Shown in pieces: positions 46,068-54,118 of a stretch of DNA of 64,000 bases. Location of the stretch: the NCBI RefSeq assembly GCF_046093005.1, contig NZ_JBJTER010000089.1, positions 9,816 through 73,815 of the forward strand. The letters run 5' to 3'. Within the stretch, counting starts at the first letter, position 1. Each line of letters begins with the position of its first letter. The position numbers were made by a program, and so were the translations under genes. Below the pieces are notes generated by a model. The model saw only the letters and a list, made by a program, of their open reading frames with translations, was not told the DNA's origin and made no database searches. The DNA is from Aestuariivirga sp. (GTDB lineage Bacteria; Pseudomonadota; Alphaproteobacteria; Rhizobiales; Aestuariivirgaceae).

Positions 46068-47077
46068 GCCCCCAGCACTTCCGCCACGGCGCGGGCGATG
46101 CGGGTGGCCGAGCCCGTCTCGTCGAGCGGGTTGCGGCGCAGCCGGTGGCGCAGCGACGGGGTGGCCATGCGCCGCAGATGCTCATCGCCCACCCGCTTCG
46201 CCCCCTCGAAAGCGGCGAGCGCGCGGGCGGCGCGCATCAGGGTCAGCTGGCCGCGCAGGCCATCGGTCTTCAAATGGATGCACAGGGCGGCGGCGCGCTC
46301 CAAGACCGCGTCCGGCACCTCGGTGGCGGCCAGCCCGCGCCGGGCCTTGACGATGCGCCTCCTGATCTTCTCCTCCTCCGGCGCCCAGCGGGCGAGGAAG
46401 GCGGGTGGATCGCGCTCGAAGGCATCACGGCGCTTGACGATTTCCACCCACAGCGCGGGATCGCCCGGGGTGCGCACTTCCAGCGACAGGCCGAAACGGT
46501 CCAGCAATTGCGGGCGGAGCTCGCCTTCCTCCGGATTGCCGCTGCCCACCAGCACGATGCGCGCCGGATGGCGCACGCTGAGGCCCTCGCGCTCCACCAC
46601 GTTTTCGCCCGAGGCGGCAACGTCAAGCAAGAGATCGACGATATGATCCTCAAGCAGGTTCACCTCGTCGACATAGAGATAGCCGCGGTTGGCCTGGGCG
46701 AGCAGGCCCGGCTCGAAAGTCTTCTCGCCATGCGAGAGCGCGCGCTCGAGGTTGAGCGCGCCCAGCACGCGGTCCTCAGTGGCGCCAAGCGGCAGGTCGA
46801 CGACCGGAATAGGAATGCGCCGCACCTTGATGGGGCCGCCCGAGCGGCAGGCATCGCACTGGGAGGCGGGCGAATCCGGGTCACAGTGATAGGGGCATGA
46901 CGCGGCGCGGATTTCGGGAAGCAGTGCTGCCAGCGCGCGAACCGCGGTGGATTTCCCCGTGCCGCGGTCGCCAAAGGCGAGGAGCCCGCCGATCAGCGGG
47001 TCCACCGCGGTCAGCAGCAGCGCCTCCTTGAGTTCGTCCTGCCCGGCAATGGCGGAGAAGGGATAGCGCAAGCTCAT
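46064..47077 (-). CDS. bchI: Magnesium chelatase subunit I
   Basis: YPFSAIAGQ, GDRGTGKST, LYVDEVNLL, LDRFGL, DGLRG. Confidence 0.96.
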   Translation of the reverse strand: MSLRYPFSAIAGQDELKEALLLTAVDPLIGGLLAFGDRGTGKSTAVRALAALLPEIRAASCPYHCDPDSPASQCDACRSGGPIKVRRIPIPVVDLPLGATEDRVLGALNLERALSHGEKTFEPGLLAQANRGYLYVDEVNLLEDHIVDLLLDVAASGENVVEREGLSVRHPARIVLVGSGNPEEGELRPQLLDRFGLSLEVRTPGDPALWVEIVKRRDAFERDPPAFLARWAPEEEKIRRRIVKARRGLAATEVPDAVLERAAALCIHLKTDGLRGQLTLMRAARALAAFEGAKRVGDEHLRRMATPSLRHRLRRNPLDETGSATRIARAVAEVLGA

Positions 47078-47109
47078 GGAACGGTTCCGGAATCTGTCAT
47101 GTACCGGTG

Positions 47110-47127
47110 TGTAACACGGAATTGACA
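47110..47127. promoter_or_regulatory. PpsR palindrome upstream of bchI
   Basis: TGTAACACGGAATTGACA. Confidence 0.7.
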
Positions 47128-47329
47128 GGCGGCAAATGCGGGGAGGGATGGAAAGAGTGTAGCATGAGGTGGTAGCGCCGGGCTTGACCAGGGGGGTCTC
47201 TGCGGCGGGAAAGAAGATACCATGGTCAAGCCATGGCATTGCGTTCATGCGCCGCCTAAGTCTTGCGAAACCCGTGCGGGAACAAACCGAACCCGCCGAA
47301 AAAACAACGCAAGCCATTGATGCAGAAAC

Positions 47330-47413
47330 AAAAAAGGGCCGACGGTGTTACCCAGTCGGCCCAAGTCTAGGGAGGAAACGCCCAGGAAGGGCTACGAGAC
47401 ATCACTGCCTCGC
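47330..47413 (-). ncRNA. mmgR: MmgR / suhB (alpha-r8)-like small RNA
   Basis: Minus strand has TTTCCTCCCT, then terminator GGGCCGAC-loop-GTCGGCCC-T run. Upstream is a TTGAAC-N17-CATATG promoter; the neighbour is an inositol monophosphatase-family gene. Confidence 0.78.
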
Positions 47414-47670
47414 CAGGGTCATATGGCAGTGCGGTATGAGATGTTCAAGGCGTATTGGTGGAATTTTGTGCAAAAATCGTTGCAGATGTGCTCAAGAAGA
47501 TCATGAATAAAACTATAACTACATGAAACAAAAAGATTAAGTTTTGAACTTCGCCATTTGGCAAGCGCTCATGCAAAATTTGCATGCCGTTGTTCTGACG
47601 CGAATAGGCCGGCAGTTGAGCGCCCCGGACGCTTGGCCTAGGGAGAAGAAACACTGCGAAAGAATCGTCC

Positions 47671-48459
47671 ATGACCCCTGACTGGGACAGCCTCACCCGC
47701 TTCGCGATCGCGCTGGCCTATGAATCGGCCGCCGCCATCCTCCCCTATTTCCGCCGCAACGCCGAAATCGAGGTCAAGGACGGCCCGGTGTGGGACCCGG
47801 TCACCGAGGGCGACCGGGCCGGTGAGCGCGCCATCCGCCGGATGATCGAGGAGCGCTTTCCGGACCATGGCATTCTCGGCGAGGAGTATGGGGTGAAAGA
47901 GGCCAGATCGCCCTTCACCTGGGTGCTGGACCCGGTGGACGGCACCCACGCCTTCGTCTGCGGCATGCCGACCTGGGCAACGCTCAACGGCCTCAGCTAT
48001 GCGGGCCGCCCGGCGGTCGGGTTGATGAACCAGCCGGTGGTGGGCGACATGTTCTATGGCAATCCGGCGGGCGCCTGGCATGACTACCGTGGCGCCACCA
48101 GCCCGATCACCAGCCGCCGCAACGTCACGCTGGAGCAGGCCAGCATCGGCACCACCGCGCCCGAGCTCTACCGCAGCACTGAAAACCAGCGCCGCTTCCA
48201 GGCGTTGCGCGCCAGGGCGCGGCTCACCCGCTATGGCGGCGATGCCTATTTCTTCTGCATGGTGGCGGCGGGCCACATCGACATCGCCATGGATTGCGGC
48301 CTCCAGCCCTATGACATCACGCCCCTGCTGCCGATCGTGGCGGGTGCGGGCGGCGCCGCCGCCGAATGGACGGGTGGCGACCTGGCGCGGGGCGGCAATG
48401 TGATCACCGCCGGCTCCGAGGCCCTGCTCGCGGAAGCGCTCGCCGTCATGTCCGGCTGA
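47671..48459 (+). CDS. hisN: Histidinol-phosphatase, inositol monophosphatase family
   Basis: DPVTEGD, GEEYG, WVLDPVDGT, GGDAY, YDITPL. Confidence 0.85.
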   Translation: MTPDWDSLTRFAIALAYESAAAILPYFRRNAEIEVKDGPVWDPVTEGDRAGERAIRRMIEERFPDHGILGEEYGVKEARSPFTWVLDPVDGTHAFVCGMPTWATLNGLSYAGRPAVGLMNQPVVGDMFYGNPAGAWHDYRGATSPITSRRNVTLEQASIGTTAPELYRSTENQRRFQALRARARLTRYGGDAYFFCMVAAGHIDIAMDCGLQPYDITPLLPIVAGAGGAAAEWTGGDLARGGNVITAGSEALLAEALAVMSG

Positions 48460-48510
48460 TTGCGCCACCCATGCGCTGCCCTATAGTGGAAGCCCGCGAA
48501 GGAGCCGCCA

Positions 48511-50304
48511 ATGACCGCCTTGAAGAGCTGGGCTGACACCGCCCCCCTGCTGATCGACACCGCCATGGGCCGCCGCAAGGCCGACATGGTGGTCCGCAAC
48601 GGCCGCTGGGTGAACGTCCATTCGGGCGAAATCATTCCCGGAACCGACGTGGCCATCACCGCCGGGCGCTTCGCCTATGTGGGGCCCGATGCCGCGCACA
48701 CCATCGGGCCCGCGACCCGGGTGATCGACGCCGCCGGGCGTTACCTGGTTCCCGGCCTGTGCGACGGCCACATGCATGTCGAGAGCGGCATGGTGACAGT
48801 CACCGAGTTCGCCCGCGCCGTGATCCCGCACGGCACCACCACGATGTTCGCCGACCCCCATGAGATCGCCAATGTGCTGGGCCTGCCGGGCGTCAGGCTG
48901 ATGCATGACGAGGCGATGGGGCTTCCCGTCAACGCTTTCATCCAGATGCCGTCCTGCGTGCCGAGTGCCCCTGGCCTGGAGAACCCGGGCGCCGAGCTGG
49001 GCCCCGCCGAAGTCCAGGAGGCAATGGGCTGGCCCAACATCATCGGGCTCGGCGAGATGATGAATTTCCCGGGCGTCATCGCCGGCGACCCCAAGATGCT
49101 GGCGGAAATCGCCGCCACCCAGAACGCCGGCAAGACCGTGGGCGGGCACTACGCCTCACCCGACCTGGGCCATGCGTTTCATGCCTATGCGGCGGGAGGC
49201 CCGGCCGACGACCATGAAGGTACCCGCCGCGAGGATGCCATCGCCCGGGTGCGGCAGGGCATGCGCGCCATGCTCAGGCTGGGCTCCGCCTGGTATGACG
49301 TGGCCGCCCAGATCAAGGCGGTGACCGAGGACGGGCTGGATTCGCGCAATTTCATTCTGTGCACGGATGATTCGCACTCCGGCACGCTGGTCAACGAGGG
49401 TCACATGAACCGCGTGGTCCGCCACGCCATCGCCCAGGGCCTCAAGCCCGTGACCGCGATCCAGATGGCGAGCCTCAACACCGCGCAGCATTTCGGCCTC
49501 GAGCGCGAGCTGGGCTCGATCGCGCCGGGCCGCCGCGCCGACATGATCCTGACCTCCAATCTGGTGGCGCTTCCCATCGAGATGGTGATCGCGCGCGGCA
49601 AGGTGCTGGCGGAAAACGGGCGGCTCACCGCTGATATCCCGGCCTTCGCCTATCCGGCTTCGGCCCGCAATAGCGTGAACATGAAACGTGACCTGACGGC
49701 GGATGATTTCGCCATCGCCGCGCCCAAGGGCGCCAATGAGGTGACGGCCCGGGTGATCGGCGTGATCGAGAACCAGGCGCCCACCAAGGCCCTCGAGAAG
49801 CGCCTCAAGGTGGCGTCGGGGCTCGTCGACGCGGGGCTCGAGTCCGGCGTCTGCCAGATCGCGCTCGTCGAGCGCCACCGCGCAACGGGCGGCGTCGTCA
49901 ACGCCTTCGTCTCGGGCTTCGGCTACAATGTCGATTGCGCGGTCGCCTCGACGGTGGCCCATGACAGCCACCACATGATCGTGGTGGGCACCAACCGCAG
50001 CGACATGGCGATGGCCGCCAACATCCTGCGCAAGGCGGGCGGCGGCGCCGTGGTGGTGAGCGGCGGCCGCCAGCTGGCGCTGGTCGAACTGCCGATCGCC
50101 GGGCTGATGTCGGACGAGCGCGCCGAGATCGTGGCCCGCAAGGCCGAGGCGCTGGTGCAGGCGATGAAGGATTGCGGCTGCACCCTCAACAACGCCTATA
50201 TGCAGCACTCGCTGCTGGCGCTGGTGGTGATCCCCGAATTGCGCATCTCCGACGTCGGCCTTGTCGACGTGCGCAGCTTCGAGAAGGTTGAGCTGTTCGT
50301 CTAG
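48511..50304 (+). CDS. ade: Adenine deaminase
   Basis: DGHMHVES, DPHEIANV, DDHE, CTDD, STVAHDSH. Confidence 0.94.
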   Translation: MTALKSWADTAPLLIDTAMGRRKADMVVRNGRWVNVHSGEIIPGTDVAITAGRFAYVGPDAAHTIGPATRVIDAAGRYLVPGLCDGHMHVESGMVTVTEFARAVIPHGTTTMFADPHEIANVLGLPGVRLMHDEAMGLPVNAFIQMPSCVPSAPGLENPGAELGPAEVQEAMGWPNIIGLGEMMNFPGVIAGDPKMLAEIAATQNAGKTVGGHYASPDLGHAFHAYAAGGPADDHEGTRREDAIARVRQGMRAMLRLGSAWYDVAAQIKAVTEDGLDSRNFILCTDDSHSGTLVNEGHMNRVVRHAIAQGLKPVTAIQMASLNTAQHFGLERELGSIAPGRRADMILTSNLVALPIEMVIARGKVLAENGRLTADIPAFAYPASARNSVNMKRDLTADDFAIAAPKGANEVTARVIGVIENQAPTKALEKRLKVASGLVDAGLESGVCQIALVERHRATGGVVNAFVSGFGYNVDCAVASTVAHDSHHMIVVGTNRSDMAMAANILRKAGGGAVVVSGGRQLALVELPIAGLMSDERAEIVARKAEALVQAMKDCGCTLNNAYMQHSLLALVVIPELRISDVGLVDVRSFEKVELFV

Positions 50305-50424
50305 CGCGGCGGGCAGTCATTTGTATGGATCTCAAAGCGAATGATGAGCGCGCTTGTTTGGAATAGCTGAGGTCAATCGATCGCCCGCTGCTCCGGACGC
50401 CGCCAGGCTGGCGGCAACAGCCGT

Positions 50425-52218
50425 TCAGCTCTGCGTCTTCTCGCGCCGCAGCCGTTTGCGGGCGAGGTCGAGCGGCTCCGTGCGGTTGGGGCGCCCGAGC
50501 AGCTTGCGAAAGCCGTCGCGGCGCTCATGCACCGAGGCGATGGCAAGGCCCATCGGCACGCCGGTCTCGACCAGCAGCGCCTCGCCGAGCTGCAGGCTCG
50601 ATTCGACGGTTTCCGGCACCGCCTCGGTGACGCCATGCGCGTAAAGCCTCTGGGCATGGCGCTCGTCGCGGGCCCGGGCCACGATCTTGAGATCGCCGCG
50701 CAGTGCTCGCGCCGCCTTGGCCACTTCATCGGCGCGCACCGGATTGTCCATGGTGATGGCCAGAGCGGGAGCTTCCGCCAGCCCGCAGCGCTTGAGGAAT
50801 TCTGCGTTGGACGCGTCGCCGAAATAGACCGGCTTTCCCAGTTTTCGTTCACGCGCCACGAGTTCGGCGTCGCTGTCGGCGGCGAGGAAGGGGATTTTGT
50901 GCTCTTCCAGCATCGAGGCGATGAGCTGGCCCACCCGGCCGAAGCCGGCGATGATCACCCGCGGCTGACTGTCATCCGGAAGTGGGGTCGCCGCCGCCGC
51001 CAGCGCGGCGTCGTGGCGGAGCGCCGCGCCAAGCCGCTGTCCGAGCCTGGCGAGGAAGGGGATGGCGATCATGGTGAGCGTCACCACCAGCACGATGTTG
51101 CGGGTGGTCGCGTTGTCGATGAGCCCGGAGGCCAGCGCCGCGGCGGCGATCACGAAACCGAATTCGCCGCAGGGGCCCAGCAGGATGGAGGATTCGAGCG
51201 CTGCGGCATGCTGCACCCTGAAGGCGCGCGCCAGTCCATAAACGATGGCGGACTTCAGCACGATGATGCCCGCAGCCATGCCCAGCGTATAGGCCGGCGC
51301 GGCGAACAGCATATCGAGATCGAGCTTGAGCCCGACCACCAGGAAGAAGGTGCCGAGCAGCAGGCCCTTGAACGGCTCGATCACCGCCTCGATGGCGCGG
51401 CGGTATTCGGTTTCGGCCAGCAGCAGCCCGGCGATGAAGGCGCCGAGCGTCATCGAGATACCGGCGAGGCTGGCGATGGCGCCGGTGCCGACCGCGATCA
51501 GCAGGGTGGCGGCCATGAAGAAATCCGCCCCGCCGGTGCGCGCCACCAGGCGCAGGAGCGGGCGCAACAGGTAACGGCCCACCGTGACGATCAAGGCGAT
51601 GGCGAGCGCCGCCTGGGCAAGCGCCATGAGCACGCTGACGATCACATTGCCTTCGGTTCTGGCGCCGAGAATGGGCACCAGCAAAAGCAGCGGGATCACC
51701 GCCAGGTCCTGCATCAGCAGGATGGCGAAGCTGGCGCGGCCGGTTTGCGAGCCCAGCCGCTTCGAATCCGAGAGCAGCTGCACCACGATCGCCGTCGAGG
51801 AAAGCGAGAGCGCCGCGCCGGCCACCAGCGCCGCGCGGATGTCGAAGCCCATCGCCACGGCGATCGCCGCGATGGCGGCAAGGCTTGCCACCACCTGCAA
51901 ACCGCCCAGCCCGAACACCAGCCGTCGCATGATGGTGAGGCGTTCGAATGAGAGTTCGAGGCCGATCAGGAACAGGAGGAACACAACGCCAAGCTCGGCG
52001 ATGTGAGAGAGCGTCCCGGTTTCGCCGATGTTCGCATATGACAGCCAGGGAAAGACATTGGCTAGCCGGCCAAGCACATCCGGGCTCAGCAGGATGCCCA
52101 CGGTCAGGAAGGCCACCACGGAGTTGACGCCAATGCGCAGAAACAGCGGCACGATCAGGCCTGCCGCGCCCAGCACAATCAGAAACTCCTTGTAGTAGAA
52201 CGCCTGTTCAGCCGCCAT
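50425..52218 (-). CDS. CPA2-family monovalent cation:proton antiporter with KTN/TrkA-N domain (KefB/C-like)
   Basis: GVVFLLFLIGLE, LSSTAIV, QDLAV, IAGFGRVGQ, FGDAS. Confidence 0.92.
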   Translation of the reverse strand: MAAEQAFYYKEFLIVLGAAGLIVPLFLRIGVNSVVAFLTVGILLSPDVLGRLANVFPWLSYANIGETGTLSHIAELGVVFLLFLIGLELSFERLTIMRRLVFGLGGLQVVASLAAIAAIAVAMGFDIRAALVAGAALSLSSTAIVVQLLSDSKRLGSQTGRASFAILLMQDLAVIPLLLLVPILGARTEGNVIVSVLMALAQAALAIALIVTVGRYLLRPLLRLVARTGGADFFMAATLLIAVGTGAIASLAGISMTLGAFIAGLLLAETEYRRAIEAVIEPFKGLLLGTFFLVVGLKLDLDMLFAAPAYTLGMAAGIIVLKSAIVYGLARAFRVQHAAALESSILLGPCGEFGFVIAAAALASGLIDNATTRNIVLVVTLTMIAIPFLARLGQRLGAALRHDAALAAAATPLPDDSQPRVIIAGFGRVGQLIASMLEEHKIPFLAADSDAELVARERKLGKPVYFGDASNAEFLKRCGLAEAPALAITMDNPVRADEVAKAARALRGDLKIVARARDERHAQRLYAHGVTEAVPETVESSLQLGEALLVETGVPMGLAIASVHERRDGFRKLLGRPNRTEPLDLARKRLRREKTQS

Positions 52219-52281
52219 GCGCCGCGCCCTCCGGCACACAGTGTGCGTGAGCGTCCGGGCGAAGTCAAAAGCTCAGTCCTG

Positions 52282-53385
52282 TCAGGGCACCGCGGCGACC
52301 ACGATGAACATGATGAACAGGCCAAGATGGACCACGCCTTGCAGCACGGTGGTGCGGCCCGGCAGCAGGGTGATGACGCACACGAACAGAGCCAGCACCA
52401 GCAGCACCATCTTGGCGGGCGGCACGCCGAGCGACAGCTGCACATCCGTAAACGCGGCCAGCATGGTGATGACCGGAATGGTCAGCGCGATCGAAGCCAG
52501 CGCCGAACCAAGGGCCAGGTTGATGCTGGTCTGTGGACGGTTGGCAAGCGAGGCCCGCACCGCCGCGATACTCTCGGGCGCCAGCACCAGAACGGCGATG
52601 ACCACGCCGATGAATTCCTGCGGCAGCCCAGCGGCGCCGATCAGATCGTCGAGCGATGGCGCCAGCATCTTGGCCAGAACAATGACCCCCGTAAGCGAGA
52701 TCAGCAGAAACACCAGACTCACGGCCGCATCGCGGTTGGAGGGCGGATCGAAGTCCTCATTGGCGGCATCCGAGTCATCCGCGGCTGCAAGGAAGTAGTC
52801 GCGGTGGCGCACCGTCTGGATGAACAGGAACGCCCCATACAGCAGCAGCGACACCAGCGCCGCGGCGGTGAGCTGTGCCGCGCTGTAGGTCGGACCCGTT
52901 GTGGACGTCGTGAAGTTCGGCAGGATGAGGGCGATGGTGGCCAGCGTTCCCAGTACGGCGAGATAGGATGAGGTTCCGCTGACCCTGATCCGCTGCTCAT
53001 AGTGTTTCTGGCCGCCCATGATGAGGCAGAGACCGATCAGCCCCGTGAGCACCAGCATCACCGCCGCGTAGACGGTGTCCCGCGCGATCGTTGGGCCACC
53101 GTCATCGGCGGCGAGCATCAGCGCCACGATCAGCCCGACTTCGATAATGGTGACGGCAACCGCGAGGATGATCGAGCCGAAAGGCTCGCCGACCCGGGCG
53201 CTCACCACCTCGGCATGATGCACGGCCGCGAAGATCGCGCCGCACAGCAACACCGCCTCGATGGCAATCCGGAGCGCGCCCTCCTTCGGCAGCAGACCGC
53301 CGAAATACAACGCGATCAGCGCCGCCGACGCCAGAGGCAGCAAGATCGTCCACCAGGGATTGCCGGCATGTTTCAACTCTGCCAA
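52282..53385 (-). CDS. chaA: Ca2+/H+ antiporter, ChaA family
   Basis: HHAEVV, GEPFG, VTIIEV, LAPESIAA, NLALGS; TTG start with GGGAG RBS. Confidence 0.88.
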   Translation of the reverse strand: MAELKHAGNPWWTILLPLASAALIALYFGGLLPKEGALRIAIEAVLLCGAIFAAVHHAEVVSARVGEPFGSIILAVAVTIIEVGLIVALMLAADDGGPTIARDTVYAAVMLVLTGLIGLCLIMGGQKHYEQRIRVSGTSSYLAVLGTLATIALILPNFTTSTTGPTYSAAQLTAAALVSLLLYGAFLFIQTVRHRDYFLAAADDSDAANEDFDPPSNRDAAVSLVFLLISLTGVIVLAKMLAPSLDDLIGAAGLPQEFIGVVIAVLVLAPESIAAVRASLANRPQTSINLALGSALASIALTIPVITMLAAFTDVQLSLGVPPAKMVLLVLALFVCVITLLPGRTTVLQGVVHLGLFIMFIVVAAVP

Positions 53386-53513
53386 ACGCTCGCTCCCGAG
53401 ACCACGAAATGACGATTTTTCATTATGACAGATCGGCCTCGCTTGTCATCCGGCCGCCATTCATCCCGCGGCGGCCGCGGCCGGGCCATGACAAGAGACG
53501 CAACAAGCGTCCC

Positions 53514-53556
53514 AAAAAGAACTGACCCCGGAGGCGGGTGCCGTCCGGGGTCCAGT
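53514..53556 (-). terminator. Intrinsic terminator after the small basic ORF
   Basis: Stem ACTGACCCCGGA/TCCGGGGTCCAGT followed on the minus strand by a T run. Confidence 0.7.
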
Positions 53557-53573
53557 CCTTAAAGATAAGAAGA

Positions 53574-53660
53574 TTACTTCTTCTTGGCGGCCTTCTTCTT
53601 GGCCGGCTTCTTAGCGGCCTTCTTCTTGGCCGGCTTCTTCGCAGCTTTCTTCGCAGCCAT
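53574..53660 (-). CDS. 28-aa Lys/Ala-rich basic peptide (histone H1-tail-like)
   Basis: MAAKKAAKKPAKKKAAKKPAKKKAAKKK*, AGGAG RBS, own terminator. Confidence 0.72.
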   Translation of the reverse strand: MAAKKAAKKPAKKKAAKKPAKKKAAKKK

Positions 53661-54118
53661 CGCTGTCTCTCCTAGAGTTGTTAGTGCCCCACAACGCAGG
53701 TAAGCCTCACACGGACGAACAGCCTGGCGTGAAGGAACCGAGTCTCATTCGTCGTTGTCACGTTATGTGCACCCGCTTGCGTGATTCGGCAATATGCCGA
53801 ACCCCATTCAGGACTATCGCGGATTCACGCTAACAATCGGTAAACGCTGGGAAAACCGGCCAGACCGTCCTTGCACGGACAAACTGGCCGCTGGCGCGGA
53901 AAAAATCAATAAAAACGGGGGTTTCAGAAGTTATTCCGTGGACGGATGAACGCTGGTTTTGAGGGGGCTCTGGCGGCAAAACCTGTCAAGAGGCGGGCGC
54001 GCCCTTCACAAGAAGCTGTGGATATTTTTTTCGATTGAAGCGGCGCCGAGGCCCTGAAATGCGCGAAGGCCGGCGCATGACCGGCCTCCGTTTGTTGTCA
54101 CAACAAGGCGTCCGGGCG

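Noticed and set aside
22286-47330. PGC as a recently acquired mobile island
   Set aside because: No integrase, transposase, tRNA target or terminal direct repeat was found at either end, and codon style looks like the flanks by eye. An ancient transfer is not excluded.
54019-54027. DnaA-box-like TGTGGATAT in the nrdJ/small-peptide intergenic region (possible oriC)
   Set aside because: A single imperfect box with no cluster of boxes or DUE; insufficient evidence.
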